A stretch of 64,000 nt of DNA from positions 1-64,000 of the forward strand of contig ADNK01000875.1 of the NCBI GenBank assembly GCA_000320545.1. Reading direction: 5' to 3'. The notes below the pieces were generated by a model. That model made no database searches and was not told the origin of the DNA. It was given only the letters and a program-made list of their open reading frames with translations. The first letter of the stretch is position 1, and the number at the start of each line of letters is the position of its first letter. The translations under genes and the position numbers were made by a program. The DNA is from Bigelowiella natans CCMP2755. Its lineage: Eukaryota; Protista; Cercozoa. Shown here piece by piece: positions 39,297 through 52,370 of the stretch.

Positions 39297-40768
39297 CACA
39301 CATAATATATGTGTATATACATATAGATATATATTACATTTATATGTTGTATATGTGCACAGCTATATTGCGAGTAGGTGTTGGATTGGGGCCTCCTCAC
39401 TTACTTACATTATTGCTTCGGTGCTAACCCTTGCATCAAAAAACTATCAGGACCAGCTCAACAAGGAGAACTGCAAGGGAAAATCGCAGAAGCGGATCTT
39501 GTGGACATTGTACTCTCCCTTCCTCCCCTCGCTTCTCTGCCCTCCCCCTGCCCCTTCTCTCCTTCTTCCTCTTCCTCTCTTTTTTCATTCATTGCTACAT
39601 TGCTACATCCTAGGGGGTGACGATCCACATCGCGTCCTCGATTGCTGGAGATGGGCTCGGAATGTTCGTATCAACCATACCAGGAGTGATGATGGCTGTG
39701 CTACCAAGCTGGTCCATTCTATGCGGATATGCTCTTGGAGAACTATCGAACAGAGCTGTTGGAGACAAGGCCGTAGCATTCAGTTTCAATAGCCCAGAAA
39801 ACGTCGTTCTATGGGAAGGCAAGCCGCATACTCTTGGACAAGTCCTGGACAAGGTAGTGGTAGTAGTAGTAGTAGTTGTAGTAGTAGTAGCGACCTATTC
39901 AACTTGTCAGAGTTCATAAAGCAGCTAATGTAATTGCTTGTTGGCTACTCGTTCCCTAACACCTGTCGTATTAGTTATTGTGTCGATTCTAAGCCCCTTT
40001 CGCACGCCTTCTTTTCCATGGAGAAAAGGCTATCCTTATTTTAAATCATTACTTCTTTGAATCTCTCCCCCCTTCCTCAACCTCCATCTCTACTGATCGA
40101 ATACAAATAAGATTAAAGCAAATAGCTCTGACGACGAGATTTCGATGCTCGGGCACGATGTGTCCATTAGCAGTGAGCAAGGGGAGGTTGTGGATGATGA
40201 TGATGATGATGATGGACAGCCGACGACATGGGTGATAAAGCCTGACAAGAAGCGACCATGGGTTATTTTTGCCATGTCCTTGTATCAAAATCTATTAGAA
40301 TATGATAGAGATACACACTTTGACGATCATCATCACCATCCTCATTTTCGTTATTACCATCATTATCTCCGATAAATGCATCATCAAAATGACCGCTTTT
40401 TGTTTTCCGGCAATTAATGTTTATGTTCAGATATTCGTCCCCCAGTCGTCGTCCTCTTCCGTATTACCTCCTAACGACGATGCAAGAGGAGAAGGAGAGG
40501 ACAATGACAATAATGATGTAGACGAAGACATATCGTGGCAAACCTTGGGTCAGTACTGTAATGATCTGGCCCTCCCAGCTGACACGAAAGCAGAGTATAT
40601 GGAGGGAGCAAAACGGAATTCTCTAAATGTAAGTGCGACGCCATTCTCCGTTGTTGTTGTTATTATGTTCGCCATCGGTATTATAAAGTGATTTCTTTTT
40701 TCTCACTTAAACACCCTCATATGTCCTCCCATCGTCAATGGAGGGGGTAGAAAATTACCCCCCCCCCC

Positions 40769-40817
<49 letters not shown>

Positions 40818-41211
40818 TGTGTGTGCTGAGTGCTTGCTTATTTGACTTCTCTCCTCTTTCTTTACATTTTGTCCTCGTGTCTCCAATCGCAAGTTACTAT
40901 ACAACGTTAAGCTTATCGATGGACAACTGACACCCGTCCAATTAGTTTGCGTAACAACCAGGGATCTCAGGTATTAACAGTGTGGTAGCAGTAGCAGTAG
41001 AACAGAAGGGTTGGTCCCGCAGATGGTGACAAAATTGCATCAAGCGGCTCCTGGCTGCCTTGAGTGATAATAGCCTAAGATTCCCAACTCATTTTCCTGC
41101 TCTGTGCTTCACTATGTGATCAAATCCAGGGTTGAGAATACTGATCCGATCGAGATAGGCTGTACCTACGGATGGGGGTACTGGCAAGCACAGCGACTGA
41201 ATGCTATGTAG
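38638..41211 (+). CDS. Putative plastid-targeted divergent SET-domain protein, multi-exon
   Basis: Signal peptide plus Arg/Ser-rich transit-like leader; SET-like motifs IASSIAGDGLGMFV...CGYALGEL, LGQYCND, LVCVTTRDL...EIGCTYGWGYW. Confidence 0.62.
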
Positions 41212-41436
41212 GCTTCCCTTGTTATTCGCTTCCCACCGTTTTCTCGTAGAGACTTATCTCTACATGCGTGCATACGCGTAAATGCACATGCACCAATGTC
41301 TTCACTCCACATGTGTCTTTTTTGTGCACACATTGTCTCCATGCTCGTTGTAGCTCCGAACAATTTGTTGCAATCTCAAGGTTACCAATAATAATTCATT
41401 TTGAGATTGTCGCCGATGCCACGGCATCCAGTCGAA

Positions 41437-41510
41437 TAGCCGCAGCTTTATACAGCTACATTGAGATGACTTTTGAAAAAATGTAATCATTTCATTATGC
41501 GTCCGTCTCA
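41437..41510 (-). repeat. Dispersed two-hairpin repeat, diverged copy
   Basis: tagccgcagctttatacagctacattgagatgacttttgaaaaaatgtaatcatttcatt..tccgtctca. Confidence 0.8.
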
Positions 41511-41921
41511 GGTAGACTTGCTAGCTTGTGCATACATGTCTAGATGTGTGCCTATACTAGCTATAGCCCTTTAGTGCATGTGACGAAACGAGCTATAGTC
41601 AGCGCATGAGCATGGGTGCAGGTAAGTTCATGGCCTGCTGCCACGTAGCGTGTATATATAGCACGAAGCCGAATTTTGCTGAAGTGTAGTGCCAGGAATT
41701 ACAGCACACATCTGCTCCATATATAGCGCTTACTTTCACAATATGCCAAAGGTTTTGCATGTTACATTTACGAGGTACAAGCAGGGGGCTTCGCACATCA
41801 CTGGATCATTAAATCAAGTTGCCTGCTTGCTCGGCGCATATGCATAGAGACATATTAGAGCGTTATAGAACAAATCCTCCGGCAACTTGATACAGTATGA
41901 TGGCCATGCAGTCTAGTCATG

Positions 41922-43091
41922 CTAGTCCAATGTTGACTCAAGGAATCTCCATTCAAGGTCCTTCTGCAATCAATTTAGATACGATTATCGAACAAATAAG
42001 ATGGTTGTGCAAGTTGTATATTTTAGTACCCGTATCCAGTTCAGCAATCGGTCCAACACCTATGAAAGAAGATTCAAAGTAAAACTTCCAGCCAGTCAAA
42101 ATGGGATTGGCCGTGTGGTTAACATAATAACAACTGACATGCGTGGCCTCAGGCTCCACGAACATATTATGCCACCCTAGCAAAATACCACATAATAAAA
42201 TTATATCACCGACAGCAAGTAATAAGGCATCGAATAATCGTGCAATGCTTCATGGCTAAATACTGCTGCTATATATCCCTTGTCCACCCCCCCACTGTAT
42301 AGAATAGTCCCCACCGTTTTTAAGGAGCATGATCGTCTTTAGGCGGCCTGGGAGAGATGTTGTTGAACCGTGCCAAGCCACGTAACCGCTAGGGTCTGAT
42401 ATCATGTCTTGAAGGCCCTGAATAACAGCGTGCAGTACCGTGGTATTGTTGTAACCATTAGCCGAGAAAAGATTGCTTTGATGATAAAACCATAACGTTG
42501 ATGGGATGAGTGTTCCTTACTTGGATGTAAAGAAGAGGTACTTTGAGCTGAGAGATTAGAGGTTATAATTCGTTCAGCGAACCATATCGAGGTGGGGGTG
42601 GGGGGGGGGCGCGTTCTTATTAAGATATTAAATCGTGCCTCTTGTGTTTGTTTTCTTATTCTTCTTCTTGTTATTCTGTTGATTAACCACCTTTGGTATT
42701 ATCGCTGACACCTTCCGAGTCAAGAGTTGCCGCTCCTTGCAAAGCCATATAAAAAACAAACACTGATGATGATGATGGTGATGATGATGGTAGCGATGAA
42801 GATTGACCGGGAGAGGCAGTAGCGATCACGAAAATGTGTCAGTAATGATATTCAATAACGCCGCAATGATGGTAAAAGAAAACCATTATTTACTTTTGAA
42901 GTGTTATCATGATCGTTATTCTCACCCTCATCGTGCTCCAAGTGAGATATCTGCAAGTCACTCTAAGCCCAAAAACATGGTATTTGTGATTTAACCACTA
43001 GGTGACACTGTGCAGCAACTATGCAACCACAAATCTGAAGATGCTCTCGCGTGCGCATTCACTCTATTGTGTATGTGTGTCATAATATATA

Positions 43092-43135
<44 letters not shown>

Positions 43136-44447
43136 CATTACATATCTATGTGTGGTTGGTGTTTTCATCAAATTATGTACTTACAACGGGTCGTTCTTGT
43201 GAGCTCGGATTACGGCAATATTACTGTAACACAACCCAGAAAACAACACAGCGACGACACGACAACACGTTGTACAGACGCAACATGTTCATATCTCACG
43301 CCATAAGCATTCCAATCGTCATCGTAAATTAATTACCGCGATTGCTTATTCATTGCATCAGAGGATCCCCACATACTAAAAAAGACAACGTGTATATAAT
43401 TTATATGTGTATATATATGTATATAATATTATCGTTTCTAGTCATTGTTGACTCGTGGTGGGGTTGCTTGCTACTACAACAATGTTTTCGATAATACCGC
43501 AAGTACGGCAGTAACGTCGAGAAAACTGGGATGAGAACTGAGTAAGACCCAAAAACGTCCTTCTGTAGAGAATAAATAGGTATATTAACACTGATATTGC
43601 CGTCGCCTTCGTTTGAAGAACAGCTTCCTCCTCCTCTTCTCTTCTTCTTCTTCTTCTTCTTCTTCTTCTGCAAATCGGTGATATAACGGATAACAACGAC
43701 GAATTCCGAAAAGAAACAAGCTTTACCAACCTACCTCTGAGTGGGGTGAGAAGACAGCAACACCCTTGAATATCTAAGAATCATGCACAACGATGGGTCA
43801 GGAGAATAATGCATACGGAGATCATACGGAAATCAGCAAATAAAAAGAAGTGCCTGGTACTCTCTACTGTGGAACATGCGCGAAACGTGTTGCTGCTGTA
43901 CTCATGAATTGATTTGTGATGGGATGATGACCTCTGGGTGTCTGTGTGCGCACATCGTCGATACGAGAGCTCCAAAACCTACCACCACCAAGCGCCGCAA
44001 CGTACTCACAGTCAACTCAAAACACATGATGTGCGAATCTGCCCCCCCCCCACGCCCCCCCAAATCTGGCTGAGTATTGGATGAATGAGGTTATATTACC
44101 GAGTCCCCCGATATAAACGGGAATGCCCTCATCAGTTTCAGTATTATCAGCCTTTGCCTCCTCCTCCCCGCCCTTCCCGTTCAAATCTACGTCAACATCC
44201 AAACGCAATGAAATCATTTCAAGTGCCAAGGGAGGAGGAGGAGGAGGAGGAGGAGGAGGAGGAGGAGGAGGAGGAGGGACGTTTCTTTCCATTACGTTAC
44301 GTTAGGAATACCATCTTGCCTTCGTCTTATTTTTTGTAGCGTTGTCCTGGCCAAGGAAGTGGCAGCCTCTATTATTCTCTAATCGTGGAGGGAATGAGGG
44401 ACAAAACCAAGGAATGAAGCAGCAATGCACCATCGCGTTTGACGTGT

Positions 44448-44490
<43 letters not shown>

Positions 44491-45385
44491 GTGACTCAAT
44501 TTAAGTTGGTATACGCTATACAGAGTGAGCCGGATGATGTGCGTAATGTGCGTGACAAATATATACTTATGCATATCGCTTGCATGTAATGTGTCTGGGA
44601 CTTACTACCTCATGGCTGCCTATATGCCCTCGCCATCCCCCACTTTTACCTAATTTAAGGGCATCATTCTAATAATGTACTTGGGGAAATCAAGCGCTTG
44701 ATCTGCATGCATGTAAAAAGCACACACCATGTCCTGGCAAATCGAAACCGACGGTAAGAATATCGTGGTTCGCCAAGGATTCCCCGATGTGAGCAAAGTA
44801 GTCCATCCACCTGTGTCAGTATGTATTTTTCTCGTTGACGACTAAGTGTCAATGGTACCATGATTGGTCACTATGTTGGATATTGAATCTATTCCAGACG
44901 TACGTTCCCAGGTTATGCACGAATATGAAGATCGCCTTAGCTTTCCTCTCTGACATGTATTACAATACCAAAAGTTAGTCGTCGTCGTTACACAGCTAGC
45001 CAGCACGCTTCATTTCTGAATATCACGTAGTACCAGGAGGGTGGGAATATACGTGTAACGCCGTTCCATCGATTTTTGCTTCCTATTGACATAGTAGTCT
45101 CGCATTGGTTTAAATGATTCGCAAGTGAACGAAAATCTCTCTCGATTACTTTCGGCCATTTGGCCTGCTGCCCTGGGAATGGAGCCGTGTATCCTCCATA
45201 CGGAAACTTGTACGCTTTGAATTGCCTGCGATGGCCTCTGTAGTACCAGCTACACCACCAACAACAGCCACTATGTAATTCAGAATGTCGATATACTATG
45301 CGTTAACGTGATTTGTGCTTACTCGTGGAGCCACGTCAGCGCTAGAGACAGGAACAGTCCGACCACAATGCATGCAACAACTAAA
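41922..45385 (-). CDS. Monoglyceride-lipase/lysophospholipase-like alpha/beta hydrolase with N-terminal TM; nucleophile appears to be Gly; many small exons, start uncertain (may extend to about 45620)
   Basis: Spliced motifs DGTALHVYSHPPERKAKAIFIFVHNLG, GFDLPGHG, YIGGLGFGA, FKGVAVFSP, NDPL, LKVPLLYIQGLQDMISDP, GWHNMFVEPE, VLDRLLNWI. Confidence 0.8.
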
Positions 45386-45935
45386 TTTTCGTGGGAAGAG
45401 GCATAGCACAAGAGCAAAGATTTAAAAAAAAGCAGCCACCACCTCAAATACTCGCGATGGAACATGAAAATGTACTTGAATACGACACGTCACAGCATTA
45501 TGAGTTTGGAATTTGCAACAGCTTCAGATCATGCATCGTCCAGCTCGAACACCTGTAAGGAATTGTGACGAATGGGCCAGGGAAAACGGAGGCTTCTCTG
45601 CCAGCGAGCCGTCGTCCATCGCTGCTATACGACGCAGACTGTGCGACTGTTGCAAATGTTGCAATTATTCTCTTATCCTAGGCTATATTAGATAGGGAAA
45701 TATACTAATAAAAGAGATCATTTAGCCTTTGGATCAATGTAGTAGATATTTTCCGTATGATATTTGAACCAGATAGAGGTCGTACAGACAGACAGACAGC
45801 AGCACCTTGACTACCACAAAGGAAGAAAGAAGAGGACAACCCAAACAGCTTCCCGGAATAAATTACATTGCCTCCTCCTCCTCCTCCTCCTCCTCCTCCT
45901 CCTCCTCCTCCTCCTCCTTCTCCCAATAATCTTGC

Positions 45936-46920
45936 ATGGACAGAGTTGTGGATCTTGACAAAGCGCTACCACATGAATTGGGGAACAGACTTCTCAAATT
46001 TCAGCGTGAGGGTGTGACATTTGCCCTTAAATGTGGGGGGCGATGCATGATTGCAGACGAAATGGGCTTGGGAAAAACCGTGCAAGCAATTGCAACAGCG
46101 TGGGTCCTACGGCAACAATGGCCGCTATTAATTGTAGTTCCCTCGTCAATGCGATTTAGCTGGGCAGATGAGTTGGAAAAGTGGTTGCCTGCAATTCAAC
46201 CCTCCGACATCTCCATCCTACGAAATGGCAAGGAACTTCATCTTATTGGAAGCGGAAAGATTACCATCGTCACCTACGGTACTGTTTGGGCCCTTAAGAT
46301 TATAATCCAACAAAATGATAAGTATATTCCATGTAGCATAAGTTTTGGTTCCTCTCTTTGATCGTGATTGCGAGCTCACAGAGATGTTTACAGGATTATT
46401 AATCCAGAAGAATGTAGTTGAGAGCATTAAAACAGCGAATTTTCGCATGGTGATCGCCGACGAGTCTCACTATCTCAAGGTACCACCTTTTGTAAAAGCG
46501 TAGAGTCAGTTGAGGGGTATGCAGAAATTAACTCGTCATCCCGTGTACTTGCTAGAACTCGAAATCAAAGAGGACTCTGGCTTTACTTCCTATTCTTAAA
46601 AGAGCGGAGCATGTGATCTTACTTACCGGGACCCCAGCACTGGCACGTCCAGAAGGTGATTCAGCGTTACGAATGAGTCATAGTGCGTGCTCGATAGCTT
46701 ACGATGGCATATGTTCTTGTCGTAGAACTGTACAGTCAACTTGTTGCCCTGCAGTCAAAGGAGTGGGGTTCTTTCAACAACTTTGCGAAGCGTTACTGCG
46801 GGGCCTTTTTCGACAAAAGGCTTAGAATCTGGAATACAAGTTGTATCAACTAACAATGTCGACTGATATTGTGTTTAACTCAAACCCTATTGCTTCATCT
46901 CACACATATATGCATATGCA

Positions 46921-46957
<37 letters not shown>

Positions 46958-49899
46958 GTATGTGTGTGTGTGTGTGTGTGTGTAAACATATGATATTTTA
47001 TGCATAAAACATTGACGTTCTGTGCCGATGTAGGTGGGGCATCCAACCTCGATGAGCTGAATCAGCGGTTGAGGAAGGTGATGATTCGCAGGCTCAAGAT
47101 GAAAGTGCTTACGCAACTGCCAGAGAAGCGCCGCCAGCGAGTACATTTCGAACTCCCAGAAAGTCAGATTAAGGAGCTGAAAGCACAGCTCAAAGATCTT
47201 TACAAACTCTGCCGCGACATACCCGAAGGGAAATCACCATGGGAGTGCAAGGGCGAGGTCAACTCAATGGTCACAAAGCTCTACAATCAATCGGGAATGG
47301 CCAAAATACCCGCGACACGAAAATTCGTCGTCGATATGATACGAGGAGGTGCAAAGTTCCTCGTTTTCGCTCATCATTTGGATGTGATCTCTAGCATTGA
47401 AGGCTGTGTAGCTGCTGAGAAAGTAAGGTACATTAAGATAACAGGGGAAACCCCTCCCCACGAACGCCACAGGCAGGTGAAAATGTTCCAAGCAGACGAT
47501 TCTGTGCGAGTGGCAGTGCTAAGCATGACGGCTGCTGGACAGGGCATCACACTCACTGCGGCAACAAGCGTCGTTTTCGCAGAGTTGCATTGGACTCCTG
47601 GTGTGCTGCAACAAGCTGAGGACCGAGCTCATCGAATAGGGCAAAAAAATGCGATTAACGTCCAGTATCTCGTCGCTAAAAACACACTAGATGAAATGCT
47701 ATGGAGAATGCTCAGTAGGAAAGTTTCAGTGATTTCGCAGACACTTGATGGCGAACGAACAACTCTGAAAGCTGGAAATGTAAAAGACACAGAGAATTCA
47801 TGCAGTCAATCTGTATTCTCGGAATGGGTGCGAGAAACTCTTTCGGATGAACTGAATGACACTCAGGATATCCGCTCCTTCTTCAATCCAAAAGGTCGTT
47901 TTTTTGTAAAAAGAAAGCGAAACAGCTCTTCTCCTGGCGCCGGAAAAAAAATGTCAGATTCGAAGTGGAGCTGTCCTAGATGCACGCTTCTTAATGTGGC
48001 CAATCGAATTAGCTGTGCGGCATGTGGTAACAGGAGAGAGGAATGTACTTCCAGCTCTAAGAGCAAAAGCGAAGGAGATGTGCTCCAAAATGAAGAAGGA
48101 CTATCGACCCCATCATCGAAGAAAAAGAAGATGAGAAGAAAGATCACGAACCCTACATTTAAGTTCAGCGTGTCGCGGAACACCGGCCGCGTATACTTGT
48201 ATACCCTTGACGACAAGCCCATGAATCTCAACTTCACAATCGCTGATCTGGAAAGCAGTCATTTTGAGAAACTGCCGCAGTTCCTAGCTAATTCTCCATG
48301 CAACATATCGGAGGCTCGCAGATTTGTAAGTTTTCGCCGTATCTTTGCCTTGTGTAGCTATTAGCCATGCATCCTGATTTTTCTGCACTGTCCTTCTCTT
48401 CCAATCATTGTGTTGTTGTTGTTGTAGGTGAAGTTATGGAGTGAACTTAGAGGGGTAGAAAAGAACCTTTTGTACAATACGCCGTGCCATACGCCGCGGA
48501 TTGATGCTCAGCGACTTAAAATGAAGAGGAAGCTCGACAAGTCAACCACTCCCAACGGTATTGATTTAGTACCGTATCTTTCTCTCCCTCTTTTTCCCTT
48601 CCCCCCGTTAGCATTGACGGCGGTGGCTGTATTGTGAGTATTATTGTTGATAATGCTGAAAGTAGGTCCAAGCACCATTCGCTTCACGCCAAGAGAGAGC
48701 TTCGAAATGAAGTCCAGTTCAAAAGGGTCCTTTTCAAAGCAAGTAGTTTGCAGACCAGGAAATCACGCCAAGTTTACTTACACACAACACTTCTCGGAGG
48801 ATGGAAGGCCAATATGTCTCTATTGTGCAAACCCATTTTATAGGAAAGGTACTCGCAACATATCAATTCAATCAAACTATAAACATATTATTCTGTGATG
48901 AATTTCGTTGATAGGCGCCACTCTGGAAAATGTGATGATAGAACAAATTCCCGGAAATACAGCTAGAAAGAGAAAAAGCTCTGTCGATGTTATCGATAAT
49001 CGCTTCTGCAGTGCTAAATGCGCTAAAGAATATCAGGTACTATTCAAAGCAACCGCAGAATGTGAAAAGTTGATTTCATAATGCTGTCGAAATACGTGGC
49101 CTGTGTCTATGTTTCTGGCAGGTTAGAGTCTGTGGAAATACTGTTCGCCGCCAACTGTTCGAATTGGAGCATGGGCAATGTCAACTCTGCAACTTAGATT
49201 GTCACGTTTTGTATCAACGACTCAAAGTAATGGCTACGACACACAGTGCAGCTGCGACTCCATTTGTAATAATCTAATAAAATTTTCCGCAGGTGCTAAT
49301 GCCTTCACAAAGACGCAAGGAAATTGAACAAAGCCCGTTCAAATATTTGTCGTGGAAACAGAAAGAAAACATAGTTCGAGATCCCCAAGAAGGACAATTG
49401 TGGCAAGCTGATCATATCCATGCTGTTGCTGAGGTGAGCTCCCTGCTTGTATTTGTTTTTGGTATAATTTTCTATCTGGTCGAATGTTCTTTCTTTATAT
49501 TCCCTCGTTGCGAATAACCCTACAGGGTGGTGGAGAATGTGGCATTGAGAACTATCGGTAGGCTTTTTGTTTTCCTTCAGTACATACTGCTGCTGAACAT
49601 CTAACATGATTTGAAAATGTAGAACTCTGTGCACCCCTTGCCACAAGAAAGAGACAAGCAAGCTCAAGCATAGGCTTAAGCTTTCGAGCGGCAGTACCGG
49701 TTCATCCGATATAAGAAGTTTTTTTGGTAAAAAGCGAGAAGGTAGTGATAACTCTACAGCAGTGGTGGCACCGCCAAGAGCTGCGGTCAAACCCAGCAGT
49801 AATAAGGTCGTCAAAGTCGGCCAATTGAGCTGTAAGGACGTAAGCGATGGGACTAATAAGGGTCATAATTCCAGCTCCAAAATAATTGATTTGACATAG
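45936..49899 (+). CDS. ZRANB3: ZRANB3-type annealing helicase/endonuclease (SNF2 ATPase, PIP box, RanBP2 Zn finger, HNH)
   Basis: IADEMGLGKT, DESH, LTGTP, QAEDRAHRIGQ, QDIRSFF, WSCPRCTLLN..CAAC, CQLC, WQADHI..VAEGGGECG..N.RTLCTPCH. Confidence 0.92.
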
Positions 49900-49904
49900 T
49901 ACGA

Positions 49905-49984
49905 TATAAGACGGATGTAATGAAATGTTTAAATTTTTCAATGGTCATCCTAATGTAGCTATGCAAAGCAGCGGCTACAGCGCT
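49905..49984 (+). repeat. Dispersed two-hairpin repeat, most intact copy, 6 bp after the ZRANB3 stop
   Basis: tataagacggatgtaatgaaatgtttaaatttttcaatggtcatcctaatgtagctatgcaaagcagcggctacagcgct; stems GGATG/CATCC and TGTAGC/GCTACA. Confidence 0.9.
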
Positions 49985-50310
49985 CAAGTTGTGTCTATTT
50001 GTTTCCAGTGTCACGTGTTGCATGCATGAGAAAGCATTGCAATTTGGTCGGTCATGCCGTTCTTTGCGCGCAGCAGTGCGAGATTGTCTCTAGTGTTCAT
50101 GCACAACCATCTAGACTATGATACAACAGTCTATTGGGCAGGTATCCTAGACGAATCTTGAACACACATGCTAGCATGCAATGTTTGTAATGTCTAGTAC
50201 GATCACATGCCATGCTATTCAGTATGATGTGCGTGTCGTGACGATGATCGAGTGACAGCAAGTTGCATGCATCGTCATGTACGTCAGCCGCCTCTAATCG
50301 CAGCATGACG

Positions 50311-50425
50311 ATGCGAGACGGATGTAATGAAGTTGTTAAATGTCTTCGATTTAATGGTCATCGTATCCTAACAATAATGTATATCGTAGCTGTACAATGT
50401 AGCAATGCGCAGCGGCTACATCGCT
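50311..50425 (+). repeat. Dispersed two-hairpin repeat, copy expanded by short insertions
   Basis: gagacggatgtaatgaa...aatggtcatc..cctaa..tgta..gtagct..gcagcggctacatcgct. Confidence 0.8.
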
Positions 50426-50912
50426 TAATTAAGTTGATATTACATTATTCGCTTGACATTGCCACTGCTGTGACAGCTAGCTGCTAGCGACCGCCGCAGT
50501 CGCTGGCGAGCGCGCACGTCGCATCGTCGCACACACGTCTAGACGTAGCTACGTACGATACGTGCATGCTTCGGCGACGGTACACATCGATCATGCTAGC
50601 ATGCGTGTTCATATTGGTATCGGTACACTTATCACACACACACACACACGCACAATGCTAGCATGCACGCATACACGCGCGTGGCCCGGAATGCCGCTTC
50701 ACTTCAGTGAAGTCGTCAATCGGCAATACAGTCTGAGATCGAACACACAAGACGTCGATCATTCTAGCTAGCAGTGTGCGCATCCATCATCAAATACATA
50801 CATCGCATCACATAGGCACATGCGTGCCCGAGTTCCATCGCTTGCGTACAAAAATGTGTCAACGAACACACACTCACACGCCTCTGGACTCAAGCAAGAA
50901 TGAGAGGGAGAG

Positions 50913-50965
<53 letters not shown>

Positions 50966-51146
50966 ACGAGAAGAGGAGTAGGGGGAAAGGAAAAGGATAC
51001 TGTCGTAGTAGAACTTCGGACAATTTATACGTTTGTAAATCAAAAGTTTGTTTTACTATGTAAGTTAGTAACGTAATAATTTGTGCATCATCTCAGAACA
51101 TGATATGACTGGCACAGTTCTAATGTCCACAATGTAAGTAGCCAAA

Positions 51147-51706
51147 CTACTCCAGGTAAATTCCAAATACCATGCAGACACAAAAAAGCGAATCCTGTAT
51201 AGAACATCCCAAATATGTTTCAACATATTGAATCAACTGAATGAATGAAAATGATACTTACGTTCTTAAACCACCATGAGGCATAGTTATCCTTTTGGTG
51301 ATCCCATAAGCATCTCGACGTAACGTATGCTCCTTGGTCCTTAACTTGACCCATCACCGTCTGTACAATGATTTTGTACCTTGTGTATCCAAATTCTAAA
51401 ATACATCACACAACAATGAGATGTGCGTATCACCTGAAATTGGCATTTATAATCTCGAAAATGTGCAAGTAAATTCTTCTCTCTAATCAAGGAGTGGATA
51501 CCTTTTATCTTATCTTTAACATCCCTGCTTAATTCCACACTCATATCTTTAACTTTCGCATCATCGTAAACCATATCTTTCAGCTTTGAATCCATTACGC
51601 TTTGCACAAGCTGTTTGACTTTGTGAGGCATAAATTTTTCCTCCTTTGAAGGTTCCAACTCATAGGTGGGTTGTGCAAAACCCTCGTCTTCTTCGTCAAA
51701 ATCCAT
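51147..51706 (-). CDS. Tctex-1 domain dynein light chain (TCTEX1D2-like), 3 exons
   Basis: PTYELEP..KF, RYKIIVQ..GQVKDQG....SRCLWD..DNYAS..FKNDSLFCV..VFGIY. Confidence 0.9.
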
Positions 51707-52370
51707 TTTGTCTTTGTTCTCTGCACGGATCTACTCTGTTTCACAGAAGAGAGCGCGTCGGGGGGGGGAACTCGGTTTGGATTCCTACGAAGAGTGAAAT
51801 ACCCTGAATATTCTTCCCGCGGCATGACTTTATTCAAGTCGTATCATGTAATTCCTTCACGTTCAGCACCGTTTTTGCAACCTTCTGTTTCCCACAAACC
51901 GGTTTGCACATTGGGTTCAGACCTATATTCTTCAAGATCGCAGTGATTCCCTTCGCATTTCTATGCATAAATTGGCAATATAGTTCATAATGATGATCTT
52001 TATGATCCTTTTTCAGAAATATATTATTTTACGGGATTAGTATCGGACTGGTAATTTCTTCAACTCTGGACCGAATGCATAGGTGTTGTCGCAGTCATAT
52101 ATTCCTCGACAATCTTCGAAGATGTACACAAGCAGTGAGAAAGAATAATATTTCTGGTTGTCGTAATAGATGACTCCTTCATATTTATTGTTATTGTCTC
52201 ATTAAAATGATGTCGTATTGATAAATTAACCGATAACATCATATAGATATGACATTCAGGGAGAGAGCATTGTGCTGAAACTAAACCTCTTCGGCGGCGG
52301 TGGCGCACACCCTCCGTGACTTGATCCTTACTAGTTGACGTCTCGGGGAGCTCCACCAACTGTTATCCAG

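Noticed and set aside
49905-49984. Repeat interpreted as U6 snRNA, H/ACA snoRNA or SECIS
   Set aside because: Only an AGGATGAC match to U6; no H box between the hairpins; no 3' GA for a SECIS quartet, and the neighbouring genes have no in-frame TGA.
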